This document shows positions 12,127 through 26,300 of a stretch of DNA of 64,000 nucleotides, piece after piece; within the stretch, counting starts at the first letter, position 1, and each line of letters opens with the position of its first letter. Under the pieces are notes generated by a model. That model was not told where the DNA came from, ran no database searches, and worked only from the letters and a program-made list of their open reading frames with translations. Made by a program: the position numbers and the translations under genes. Origin of the DNA: Blasia pusilla (lineage: Eukaryota); the NCBI GenBank assembly GCA_050084515.1, contig CM114271.1, positions 18,910,001 through 18,974,000 of the forward strand. Reading direction: 5' to 3'.

Positions 12127-15100
12127 CCATAATTCCTCTAATGGAACATCCACATCATCAGTTCATATCCTCTTCCACACGAGCTTCCACGAAAACTAGC
12201 ATACCTTTATGTATCCTAATGATGTGCAAATGCCAGTTATTCAAACATCATGGTCGAGCATGACTCTTTGGAATGTCTCTATCTTCTAAGAGCATCTTTT
12301 CTTGCACACATCAAATCCATCATGGTCAACACGTTACTATCATTACTATTACTAAATGGTTGCAAGTAAATCTAACTCTTGTCTAGAGAGCAAAAAGTAA
12401 GATGAAAAGAATGCTAAGGATGTCCGCGGGATAATCAACGATATCATGAGGGTCAGATGCCAGCCAAACGTGGGCTCGACGTGGGTCAAGGTCATTGGAG
12501 GGATGTAGGGCAAGGGGGGGGGAAGGTAAAGTACGAGATCAGTTACGGAATATGGACGGTCTGGCCCACATAGACATATTTATCCCTAGGATGAACATAA
12601 ATCTGCACATAAAAACTTTATCAATGTGCAACCCTAATTTACAATTCATACGATAGTGAGTTGGTCGAAAGGACAACATTTTGAGAGAGTAAAATCTGAT
12701 TTTGAAGCATGATATGCCTTTCTATATTCTTGTAGTGCAATTGATGTCACTCACTTTCTCATTAAACTACCAACGGATGAAAATTCCACAATATGCTATA
12801 GTTATAAAAATTTATCTTATGTATGTGCAATCCAAGATATCGTTGATTCAAGATTTCTGTTTTTGGATGGCATGCATCTACTCCCTTGAACATTAGTGTT
12901 GTGTGTTACAAAATCTTGTGTTTAGTAGGTAATGCTCTTCTTATTGATCTGCATCCAAATACACTCATAGTTTGGATGTAGATCAAACCACAACTTGGGT
13001 CAACTGGCCTTACATCTCACAAGTCTAGATCTTGGTTCACCCCTCAAGGTCACCAAATCTAGATGGGGTAAGATATTGACCTAAACCCTCTCTCCCCAAC
13101 AAAAACACGTCATACAAACTTCCTTGATAGTTTAGGGACTTAAAATTGCCTTGTTGGTGAGCTAGTTCAATGCTCTTTTGCTATTGTGTTTTTCCAAACT
13201 TTTAGTATGTTGGAATTGGGCTCTTAAGCTCTTACCAAATTTATAACTTCATCCTATCCATCCCAAACACATCTTGGGTGTAACCATTATAACTTCAAAC
13301 ATATATGGAGAACCTCCAAATGCTTTATTAAGTTCCAAGCTAGCTAGTTATAGCCCTCTTGGGGCCCAACTCTTGTGAGATTTGAGCTCTTCTCAAGTCT
13401 CGACATTTGGTCATGATTTTCTAGATCACAACCCTCATCATTCAAGATGGCGATCAAGATTCACATCTCACTTTTGCAACTCATGTCTCCCTCATGAGAC
13501 TCCAATGCATTTTCATCCTAGTGTGAGTTGGTGAGTCCACTAAAGTTCTAATGTTACACATTGGCATGTATTTTCTTATGAGGGTGACAAAATTTGATGT
13601 GTTTGTCGGATATCCCACTTCTATTCATGATACTTGAATTCTCTTAAACTCCCAATTATACAAAAATGCCATTCTAGGAGTATATTACTGGTGATACATA
13701 ATATCCACTTGTGCCATGGCTGCCAATTCCTTATCTTGGAGCACCTATAAAAAAAATTTACTTGTAAATATTATCATTCTTCCATGAGGATGTGCATGGA
13801 GAGAGCTTTTGGCGGAAAAAAAGGGACATAGCACACACTCAACCAACTCATTTACAAGCCCAACTTACAAAAAACTACCAAAGATGATTTTTGTTTAATT
13901 TTTTTCTTCATAACATCATGATAGATAGACAATATCCTACTTTCAATAGTCCCAAAGACCTCCTTGTTGACAAGGATGCATGTAGCACAAGGTCATAACT
14001 TCCCTCCAAACGATGCAAGTGTTACAACACTTGATGGAAGGAGATATCATCATGTTCTTTTTAGAGAATGTCATTTGAGGATTTCAATAGTAATTTCAAC
14101 ACTTCAAGAGAGTTGTATCATGATATAAGTACATCACATATGCATAATTTCTTTTATCATGTCTTATATGTAAATTATGAAAATATGTTAATTAAGTTGA
14201 ATTATTCTTGAATAGAAAATCTCGAGATCTCCTTCAAAAACGTACGAATAAAATGAAAAAATGCTCTAGATTTCATTGTGAGAGCATCGTCATTCTATTG
14301 TAGGATTTTTAGTTCAAATTTCCATTATTCAAGATCCTTTCTTTGACCATACTCTATAACATTTATCATGGAATCTTTTTCATGTGGACCTCTTATGTTG
14401 ATGTTTTCCACTAATCCTAACATCAAAGCTCTTCTTTTCCAATTTTTCCTCTTCAATTACAAGGAGCCTTGGAAGTGTTGGAGTCTACATTATCACATAA
14501 GACCATAAAGTTCATTAGTTAGATTAAAAATCTCCCATTTTTATGAATATGTATCATTTGAAATAAATAAAGAAATATTCCAACTTGCCATAATGTGAAA
14601 GCAAAAAAACATATAACTAAAATAGGAGAAGACAATGTTGGCAAATTGATTGGAGGCACGTTGGTAGATATCCCTTTTTGAACCCATTTGGGCCTAAGTG
14701 ATACAACCAATTAATTCGAATTTATACGGGATCCAACAGGTTCAGGAGGGCACGAGGACACCAATCTTTTCTTGAGCCCAAGAAATTTAGGCCCGAGAAA
14801 AGCAAGGACCCGGTAAGAATATCACCAACACTAGCCACATATCAGCGACGACGGCCATTTCAAAAGATTACGGACCGTAATCTATCACACGGGCCAAAGT
14901 CGGACATAAACGCTGTCCCATGGGACCCGACCCTAAGACCTCACGATGGCGAGGACACTCCGGTTTCAAGTGCCTCTGGGAGGCATAGATCCCATGGGCA
15001 CTTTGAGACCATCTTGTACACGCGACTGTCAAAAAAGCATAGTCCCACATCGTCCAAAATCGATGATACTAATCCTAATTCTGTCTTCACTAGCCTATGC

Positions 15101-18100
15101 CCATGCTACACACAATTGATATTTAATTTTCCAACTCCCTCTCTCAAAGCCACACCATAGGAGGCTTTAGAAAACAGGTGCCAACACCTATTTTCTAAAG
15201 GCACCTTTCTTGTCAACACCCTAAGAGGGATTGCCTCCTAAGATGTGGACCCTCTTTTAATTACATAGATTATTGTCAATTTAGCGATGAATACGCATTT
15301 CTAGGGGCCAATTATTTTGGGGTCGTCGGGACTCCAAAAGGGATCCGCCCTTACGACGCCGATATCCGATTGTCAACTTGCGAATCGTCGGTGATTGTGC
15401 TGCGCCGTTCAATGTATAGGGGATCTTTGTAGGTGGGAAGACGAGGCAGTCAATGCCTCCGAGCGGTACAGATACGGAGCGAATCACTCGGATGACAAGT
15501 CAAACTCAGATTGCGTTTCAGCGTCGCTTACGGTAAGACTCAGATTACGTTTCAGCGCGGAGTAAACGCGGGGAGTAAACCTAAGTTACCCCGTCGCGGC
15601 CTACATGTAACAGTCACGTAACACCAGAGAGGGGGAGGACCGGGGAATTGAACTGTCTGTTAGCTCCGTCGGATCGGGATTGGACGACCGAAATAACGCC
15701 AGCGCAGCGTGGAACTATCACTGTAACCTCTGAGAAACAGTTGCGACGAGATCCATTTTACGTGCGGTAGCATCTTCCGCAGCATCTTGGAGTCAGAACC
15801 GCTCGATCGTTCTCTGAACGTTCCAGATCCCTCCAAATCGGGACGGTACAGGAACCTCCAGCGTAGGAGGGAAGCACCTACTGTTGTAGGCCTACTTAAC
15901 TACTATGCTAGAGGCAGAGTAGCACGCGCACAAGCGCAGAAACGATAAACGCATGCCCGTCCTCGAAACAAGAGAGCAAGGGTTTCTCCCTTTTGGATAG
16001 AGAGCGCCGAAATGACATGGACAGCTGTGAAGCTGCCATCTGGTGCATTCTCGCTAGAAATACGGAGCGTTATCTTACGGCGTCCGACTAGACTGCAGAG
16101 GGCGAAAGGTCCGGTATCCGTTTCTTTGGATATCGGGAGGAGGATATGGAGGACGGACGGACGGACGTATTCTCCTGTCAACATTTATCGGTACGGGCAA
16201 CAACAAGCAGTTGTCCCCCATTACCGTCCGTCCTGCTCTTTTACGGACAGTCCCATACCACCATGTGCCCCTACAAGTCTTTTCATGACAGAAAATTGCT
16301 TTCTGGGGCCCCACCACCAGCAACGTCCCTGTCTCTCGCTTGCTCAGGGCCTCGTGAAAATTTGCCGGAATATTTTTCTCTGCCACGTCTACACGAGCAC
16401 GACGGTTCTTAAGAGATGATTTTATACGGATAGACTGAACCGTGGTCGTAGTCGAGCTGTAAATGAATGAAGTCAAAGTGTCACTTCACTGTGTTCTATA
16501 TTCAGCATGGTACATTATATAGGAAAGCTCGAACGGGTCAATATTCTACACATTGATTTATTCGAGTTAAAATTAATTTCATGTTTTTAATAAATTTAAT
16601 TCAAATTGGAAAGTTCTATTTATTTATTTATTTAAAATTAATTTTAAAATATTTTCTGATTTTTGAAATTTTTATGCGTGTACACATTGTTACATAATTT
16701 ATGTTGATACTCTCGTCATGCAAAGAAAATGATATACTCCCATATTTATATAAAGATCACACTATAAAAATAGAAGTAAAATTGGAACCCATTATCAACT
16801 CTATTTTTTATATTATTATACATGTTGTCATCAAATCACATCCATGCTCCGTGTTGAAAGAATCCGAACATAACACCTTAGAAGAGTGTTTTCTAGGTTC
16901 ACAAAGATGTATTTTGAAAGCCACCATCTACTTCCCTCATAGACCCTTGGGAAGAGCTAAAAAAAACCTCCCCGGCCCCCCCTCCCCCAAATATAGTCAA
17001 AATTGATAATATATGCGCAAAAGTTACACGGTGATTATTGACTAAGTCAAAAAATTCACCTAAACCAAAATTGAAAAAGGGATTTTCTAAGAAATATTAA
17101 TACAAATGTAATATAACATACTTATAACTAACCTCATTCGACCGAGCATGCATAATGCAATGCAATCCACATCATTTTTCGCATTCATACAAAAAATTAT
17201 CATCAATCTTCGTAAGACTTAGGAAGATTCATACATACATCAAAACGTACACTAAAAAATATACCATGACCACACCTCCACCCCTCTAATTGGAGATCAC
17301 TTGTCAGCTCTTCAGTTTCTTGTCTTTGGCACCCTCGCTTGATCTGGGTGACTCCGAATCATGTGGAACTTCACTTTTTCCACTACAAGGCCAGTTTTAC
17401 CTCCTAAGACTCGTGTTTTTTGGACTCCCATGTTTTATCTTTAATTGATCCTTCTTCTTTTTCTTCTCTTTTGGCTAGTCTGACCTACCCTTGCTCTATT
17501 TGAGTTGTACTTATTTTAGGGTTCCTAAATATACATTACACATAACATGTGGATATTCATAGTTTTCTTTATTGGATAAGCAAGAAAAAAAAAAGGTTTG
17601 AGTATTAACCAAGGTTGTATGTAGATAAAGTCTTACGGACAAACTTGTTTGTTTTTGTGCAACCATGATATTAAAAAAAATTTATATGAATTATTTTTTA
17701 TTCCTTTGATATTATTTTCTCAGTGAATATCATACTATGATAATTATTCATGATCCATTTTTTCTGTTCTTGTCACCAAAAGACCCTTTTTCCAATATAA
17801 AAAATCATATTATCTACGCCACATGTTCAAATATATTCATATTATAAAAATAAAAAATTACAAAAAAGAAATTTTGTAGGAAGAGAATTTTGAGGTATAA
17901 AATATCTTATGTGGATCAATTTTAAACTCTAATACCATGTGCCTAACAAGTTTGATTTGTTGATGAGACTATGATGTATCAAACATAATAACATTGCATT
18001 CTTTGATGAGCACGGCATTTCTACATATCCAACTCCAATATATTTGTTCCATTTCGGAAAATTATATCCCAAAATGAAGGAGTATATCCCAATAATGGAG

Positions 18101-20089
18101 ATCAACATGGAAAATCATCCACTTTTAAACTATGGGAATGTAGAATGGCTATGGAAATTGGGGCATACTTTCCAATGCTTACTAGCATTTTTGCATTTGG
18201 AACTTATTTAGTATGAACCTTATGTGCAAAACCTCTTAGTGCTATTGCTTCCCCTCTACAATTCAAGAAACTTCATGCGTAAAACTAGCTCTCAAGGTGC
18301 CCACTATTCGAGTTAACATATATGGCACATGGAAATTACTCCACTCATCTTTCTATCATTTTCATCACCCAATGATTTAGCAACATTGAAAAAAACAGAA
18401 AAACTTCTCATAGCGTGTTTTATATATATAATTTACTTGTTGGACATAATATAATTCAATGTTTCTAGCTCCACATCTCTCCAATGTAAGATTTAGGTAT
18501 GGAGCATTAGAGCTTCGCTATAGAGAGATAGGGGATGTTAGCATAATTGTGTGTGGATGGTAGAGGAGGGCCAATGTTAGACAAAAAAGTCCCGGTACAC
18601 ATATTGAGTCCACTCTAATATTAACAAACGTTCACTATGGAAAGTGCTACTATTTTTGAAGGGATCTTCCTTTCACACCTTTGAGAGAAGAAGTACCAAA
18701 AGAAGTAACCCCCACCCCCAAAATTGTTGTGTAGATTTTCGAGGCTAAACTCATTCTTTGAATTGCATTTTTGTTTCTTTGTTGCTATCCTCTCACCACA
18801 TTGGATTAATACCTTAGCCTATGTTGTGGAAGCTGAGGATACACTAGATGTGTTGTGCAACATTTGGTTGTGGCCATGTGTGTTTTGTTGGTGAGGGGAT
18901 TTTCGCATATTTATTTTCTAATTCAAGCATCTAGTCAAGCCTAGATACATGATTATGGGTTGCTCCCTATCTCCACCCCCATCAAGTTCCCCCACCTCTC
19001 ACACCTCAACCCCATCACGGTCATAATCCTAAACATGATGCCTCTTTGTTACAACAACAACAACCAAATTGAGACGCCCTAACTTTGCATGTAAATGTTG
19101 CTTGGGAGGGCTCGAACATGAATCTCTTTGTTCGGGTGGGAGAATGATTATGGAGAGATGCAGTTTCAAAATTTAGAAGATTCTTACGATTCATTTAAAA
19201 GAAAATTATGGCCATGCTCATGAAATGTATGAATGACATGCAGCATTTGACGAAAACGATCGAAAAATATTTGGAGGAGACCAATTTGAACCATCCCCCT
19301 CCCCCTCTCCCTTCTCGAAGTGAATGAATGAAGGGGTTTTATTCTTTCTAAAAGTGGTGGATGGAAAACTTTCCCCTCATTGAAGAGGGAATATTTTTCA
19401 TAATGACCTACAACCTTTTCGAGTCCGAAGTCGCCCTTTCCAAAAGTGATGCACCGCTCCCCTCAACGACGACTTCATTCCTTCCTCCCACACACATCGA
19501 TCTCCAGGATCTTGTGAAGCATGTGCGAGCGAAAGAAGATACTAAAATCCCACCGGCAGCTTTGACCCTAAACGCCCGCCCGCGCGGGCGAGAGCGAGAT
19601 CCGCCGAAGAAATCCCTCCCTCGCATGCTCAGGACTCAGGAGTGCGGGCACCACCGGTCCCAGATATTTCGACCCCACGTCGACGTCGGTGGCTTTGACA
19701 CGATCCAACGCCCGTCGCCATAGCACGAAAACGAAGAAGAAGAAGAAGAAGTGGTGGCAGTGGTAGAAGTAGACGGGGAGGATTGATTGATTGCATGGAG
19801 GGAGATCTCCGGCTCCCGAACTCGTGTTGCGCAGCGCGTTCGCACTCTAGTGTTATGTGTTATGTGGAGTCCGAGGAGATGTAGTTAGTGCGTGCGTGCG
19901 TGCGTGCGACCGCCATAGAAAGACACCTTGCGGGAAGGAGGAAGTTGGAAGAGAGCATTTCGCTCCCTTCTCCGAGAGAAAAAGTCCTACCCTACGGATG
20001 AAAGCCGCAGCTTTACGCTAGTAAGTCAGGAGTAGACTCGGTACCTGTATCCGGTTGACGGGTAGGAATGTCGCTCTTCCACGCGGACT

Positions 20090-20355
20090 CTTGTTATATG
20101 AGAAAAGAGTGAGACCTGACGACGGAAAGAAATTGCCGTGGAAAGAAACCGAAGGATGGCGACGGACGCTGTCAGAGGCAGTTGCGGAAGTTGGACCACA
20201 AGTCAAATGAGGAGTAACCAACCCAATCAGCTGACACGGCAGAAACCACTTCCCGACTGCCACCTGGGCCTTAGGACACTACTTGACGTGCCCTCGGGCT
20301 ATGCGGCTCTCCACAACAATCCTCCGCGGACACGTGGCCTTTTGGATGACGTCTC
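20090..20355 (-). promoter_or_regulatory. Putative promoter with clustered ACGT/TGACG elements and a TATA-like box
   Basis: ACACGTGGC (G-box/ABRE) at 20330-20338, TGACGTG near 20284, TGACGTC near 20347, TGACG near 20117, and TATAA on the - strand at ~20093-20097, all at the right edge of a GC-rich island. Confidence 0.35.
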
Positions 20356-23300
20356 TTGTCCTGACTGCCTCTCACGGTCAGTTTTGCGCTCGTGATTACC
20401 GTAAGTGGGAGTAATAACTAGGCGGTATGTGCTAAGATTCTAGAAGCCACCTAACTCACTTTGGGTTTGTCGTACAAGTCAAAGATCGAAGCTGCAGCCA
20501 AATCGTCCCGTATATTAGAAATAGTTTAGAAATTAATAAAAATAAAAATCATATCACATAAAAATTGCGAACTGATATTTTCATTTTTAGACATAAATGA
20601 CTAAAGGCGAGGATAACTCTAGTTTATGAATTATTTAAATTATAAAGTTTCAGAAAGGAAAATTTTAAGTAAGTCTTGTGAATATTTCCCGTATCGAGTT
20701 GCGATACAAGAAGATTAGTTTTAGGTTCCTATTAATTTCAATCCCCATAAGTAGTAGTGCAGTCCAAAAATTTAAACAAACCAGAAAATTTGATGTTTAA
20801 AAAATATGTATATTTTCATTCATTATCATATGTAAAGTAAAAAGGTGTTCATAAATCACCTTTAAGAAAAGAAGACTAGAATTAATTTTACTTAACACAT
20901 GACCAATAATCATCATGCCTTCAAAAAGAGTTAATGTTGTCACCCGTCTTGCAGAAATCTTATTGTCCAATCGCCATATGTCGAGCATAGAGGCGTTTTC
21001 AAATGAAAAAGTTATCAACCCGTAATAAAAGAAGCTCAATGTGTAAATTGTGCTCTTTATAAGACTAGTGATCACATTGCCCTAAAGATCCGCAAAAAAA
21101 CACTTCATCTCCCATCCTCCCTTGACAAAATAAGAGTAGTGTGTTTTGCACGGCCACACAAGACATGAGCAAAGAGAAAAGGGGAAACCGTCCTAACATC
21201 CAACTTTAAAAAAAACAAACAAAAAATAAATAAAAAATCATAACCATCAACAACAGGGCCTCTAATAATGGCATCTCCCACAACTTGAGCCCATTGTGAA
21301 TGCCCGTTAGCTTATGTAAGTTGTACACAATGAAGATATGTTATTAAAAAATAGAACTTATATTGTAATTAAAAAATGGGACTTGTCCTATTGATTTGTG
21401 TGTATTTTGAATATTTTCTGATATATTTATAGGTTAATTAATGTTTATGTTCAAAGTTAAAGAATAAAAAATCTTTAATGGAATTCTCTACTATTTGTAA
21501 ATGAAAAAATAAGGTAAATTTTAGTATCATGATTTCCTTTTACATTCATAATCTGGTAATTTGAAAAAAAAGGCACTATTTTTATCAATTTATCTCTTCA
21601 TTTTATTTTAAGATCATTGCATGGAAAGTTTTCAAATACAATAATAATTTAAGAGTATACAAACCATGAAGCAAATCTATTATTATAGGAATATTATTTC
21701 TAACTTTGTCTTCTCTTTCCAAATGTATTATCTCATATGTGGACAAGGGATGATAAAATCAAAATATAATTGAAATTTATGGTGGAGTGGAAATAATGAC
21801 AACTAAAAAAAGTCTTGTGAGTAATTTCCATATGGTGTAGAGGTACAAATGTAAGTTTTGGAACCATAATGAATTTAAATTTATTTCCAATAATATTCTT
21901 ATTATACATTCTATTACTGGAGTTTTATTTCTTAATATATTTTCTGTTTCAGATTTCATCTCAAATATCTCTCATGGATAGTGGATATATGGAAAAATAA
22001 AATATTAAATAAATTTTTGGCTACATGTAAATAATCATTGTTGGCCCCATTTTATGTGTGCATGTACGATAAGCCATTTTGCAAATGGTAGTTGGTGAAA
22101 AAATACTCAACATAACACGGAATTTGTCTTAGAATAATCTCATGACTTTAAGTACATGACAAAATTTTCAAATGAAATCATCACGCCAACAACCCTTTAA
22201 TCTTAAGATTTTATATAATGCAAGTAGGGTATGTTAATTATTTTTTGATTCAAAAAATTTGGAGCGAATTCAAAAATTATTTTTTGAATGCAACAAAACT
22301 GTTTTGTTGCATTCAACAAAACAGTCATATTGTGATAATGCTAGTCAATACTAGTAGTCCAAAGTGCATATGGCACTGGAAGAAAAAATGATCAACACAT
22401 TGAAAAATTTACTTTTTTTCACCATTGCATTTGAAAGAAATGTTAGGGACGAGGCAAGGAGGGGACAATTACGGGAAGTAGTAGGCAATTAAATCATGTT
22501 ATCCGCTGCTTCAAAATTAAGTTACCACTCCAAGAATTCATCTGTGCATAGGCTCGTAGCACGGGCCCACTCCTAGCACTTCCAGACAATTTGTAGGATA
22601 TTGGCTAAGAATCTATATGACATAACATAACATGGATATAATCCAATAATAATAATGAGAGTTATAACAATACCAAACAAATGCACCGCACCACCTAGTA
22701 ATAATCCTTACAAGGAGATAATTTTTAACAACTTGACTTTTACATAAGGAATCCTTTGCCAAGGGCCTCTCACTTTGGGCCACATATGAGGATTAAGGGG
22801 ATTTCCAATAAATTAAATATGATTATCTAATTAGAAGAATAAGAGGAATTTAATGATTTCTCTCTATGCAATGGTGAGGATATTTTCTTCCCATTCTTGT
22901 GGAAAAGGATTGAGTATTTTGAAAGTCTTCTTGTTGCATGCTAATGGTCAAGGTTCAAATCCCCAATGGGACTAGCAGCTCCCAAGGCATGAGGAACTCA
23001 TTTGCATATTGAATGGGTGAGAACATGGAAAGAAAGTATGAAAAGAAATATTATTTTTGGATTCATCCCCATGAAACGAGATACCTTCACCTACATATCA
23101 TTTCTCAGTTGCTTATGTCACATAGACTATTATGATATGCACAAGTTGAAGCAATGCTCTAATATATGGCCCTAGTGAAGGGTGCCTTATAGGATTCTTG
23201 TTGTGTATAGCTCTTTCCTTTGTTCACCTCGCATTAAAATATACTTGGATGTCGATCTATTTTTATAAGAATTATTTTTGAGAGATTCAAAATATTTTAT

Positions 23301-26300
23301 CTCTCCATCTCTTATAAGTCCATCCCCTTTCTCCTTAATCCACACACCCTATCTTATCAAGGGTAGTGATGAATCTATGATGATTTCCACACTAGTTGGA
23401 TGAAGGGTCACAAAGGTTTAAATAAGGTCAAATTAGTAGATTGGGGAAGATTGTCTCGAATCCGGTGTTGGCGTAACCATAAAGAAATTTGAGAGCCTTA
23501 CCACCCATGGGCCCATTCTTGGACTTTCCATTATGTTTACTCAATATTCTTTAGTGAGTTGAAAACTAGCATAACTAATAGGTTTACTCAAATTTCTACT
23601 CTAGGTTTACCTCAATTGAGTCGCTTAATGTATAGTATTGGAATAATAAGTAATAGGATGTGACCATTCCAAATATATCTAGGAGTCAAAACAATTATTC
23701 AATAAGATGGTGGTGTAGGCTAACTTATTTCTTAGTGTTTTTTAATCTTTTGCCTTCTTTTTTCCTCAAATGCATATTTATTACTTTTATATAAAAAATA
23801 CAAGGAATGAGTCCGTACACTATTCCCTAAATTAAATTTTGGAGCGGTTGTGAAGTCCTCATATTTAGTATTATCCAAACATGATCAAATGACCTAAGAA
23901 TGAAAAATATAGGAGAGGTCTAGAGAAGCACTTACGTAACAAACAGTGTATAATAAGAATAACATGGTTTATTTTTATATTGTGGATATTTCCTATATTG
24001 CGGTGTAACAAATCCAACCCAATGGGCTTTGAAGGATGCTCATATTAGGGACGACGCTACTACTAAAAGTCCTCTTTGCCGTAATTACGGCTTTTACAAG
24101 TTCTCGTTGTTTTTTTTGCCACCTAGACTCCGGGGTGGAGAAGAAAATAATTTTTGTACCATGGCCTTAACTTACATGGCTTTCAGTAGAGGTTTTTACC
24201 CATGGTTCATAGGGTCTAGAACCATGGGTAAAAAGAAAAGTGAGGATCGACATCTTGTATTCGGATCTCGCGAACTGCTTTAAGATTCGATGGTTCACCT
24301 ATCGTCTCAAGCTCTCACTCAAGCCGTCTTGTTTCTTCACTTGTGGATTCTCCCATGATGCCTTCTACATGGTGATGACAACATTCCAAAAAATATAGTG
24401 GCAACTCCCCCCATAGCAATGTGTCCATGAGCCTGGCGGCAAGTGCTCCACAATAACAACGAGCGGGATACGTTCCTTCTCCACTCCTCTATTTTTTGAC
24501 GGTATCTTTTCTCCCAAAAGATCGCAGTGGCACCCCATAATCTAGATTCTAGAGGGAAGTGCTCCAATCAAAACATCCCGAGACGCCACAAGTGCCAAAC
24601 CCTCCGCAAACAACAACATTCCAAGAGCAATGCTCCAGTCCAGCGAGAGCCGACCGCAAAGATGGAACGCCCACTTTCCGTGAACCGCCGCAAGTCCAAG
24701 AGCGGATTCTTTCTGTCTGCGCCATTCGATGGCCAAACCCGCGAGATCGTGGTCGGGAAAAGATGATTTCCGATGACAGTCCTCCATTTCGCCCGTAACT
24801 TGGAAGGGAACACAGCGCCGCGCGCACCGGCACAGGGATCTATCTATCTATCCGCAATGAAAAGGGCAAGAGACGTCCGGGGAGATGAATGAAGGGCACG
24901 GAGTCCTGCGGCAACCCAACGGCCACGCGCGCACGAACGAATGAAGCGCGCGATCGGAGTTTCGTCCGGACTCCGGGCGAGTGCATGAAACACGGGCTGT
25001 CTCCAGAGTGGCAGGCGCGACGCATATCCTCACGAGATAGTCGGTCGGGCGTGGCGTGAAGGGTGCAGACGCTGGAAACGCGGCTGGAAAGGGCAAACAA
25101 AAGAGCCGGTGACGGGTCCGCCCCGCGAAGGAGCGAGGCTCATTAGGTCGGTTCAAAGCGTCTTAGGGTCCTACGGCACTCTCCGTAGGTTTGATTCGTA
25201 AGTCTACACGGGGTTACAGACGATTTCCCGTGACTCCGTCCTCTTCGATCGGATATCCACTTTCTTCTTTTCTTTTTTTTTAAAAGCATATGATCGAAGA
25301 AAAACCACACATGTGTGCGGACTTATGGCGTAGACGCTGCCCCTGTCTTTCTCTTTGAGGACAGCAGCAGCGAGTAATGAAGGCGAAGCCTCGGATTGTG
25401 GGGTTCTGGATTCGCGGACGAGAATCCGGTGCGCAAGTTACGGGCGGGCGGACGGACGGACGGAAGGACGGAAGAGCGGATCCGCAATCCGACACGACAG
25501 GAAAGGCCAGGCGGAGAGAGCGAGGCGCGGTAAAATTCTTGTGTGCGGAGGAATGTCCTGAGGCACAGCGGGTTCGGTTGAAACCACGAAGAAGCACAGA
25601 GAGAGAGAGAGGGAGGTGGGCCGACTCTGATCGAAGACATTAACGAGGGCACGGCAATCACTCTCTGGCGATTCTGGAACTGGAATCCGCAGCCTGCAAC
25701 TGCAAGCACTTTTCGACAGGAGTGCCATGATGCGACCCGCAGTGTCTGAGGTGCGGACACTGAAGCGCGCCGCTACAATTCTTCTGTAGCCTGCGGGCAC
25801 CCTACCAGATATTCTGAAAATATCAAATCCGTCCTGTTCCCTGTGGAGGTAGGTCAGTAAACTCTCATAGAGTTGATGAGTGAGAGAGAGAGAGAGAGAG
25901 AGAGTGAAAGTTGACTCGGGGGGGAAACGGCCTCACGTCCAGTGGTGAGTTGCAAGAGACTCACGGAGAATCACAAGTGTCAGGCCATGAGTGAAGGAGT
26001 CAAGCGAATCAGAAGTGATGGAGTGCGAACTTCAGATTCACATGGGGAGCTAGCTGATCATGACGAGGAGCACAGAGGTCATGGTTCCAAGTTGTTGTCG
26101 TGAGGGGAAAAAAAAAAGCTGCAGCTCTAGAGAAACATTGTCAAGAAGAGCACGACAAAACCCATGTATGTTGACGAGGCGCACTACATCATTGAATCAT
26201 ATTCTTTCATTATCCACGCTAACCACAGAAACAGAAAAAGGTGGGGGCCGGTCGATTGCCATGATGAGGATTGATTGATCGCTCGCTCGCTATTCCAGCT

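Noticed and set aside
9000-14700. Stop-riddled coding-like stretches in AT-rich DNA (e.g. 10860-11100, 13600-13750 on the - strand)
   Set aside because: Probably old TE debris, but no diagnostic motif allowed a family call.
22935-22985. GGTTCAAATCC B-box/T-loop (similar motifs near 19100 and 49435 on the - strand)
   Set aside because: No cloverleaf or A-box can be built. At most these are decayed tRNA-SINE remnants.
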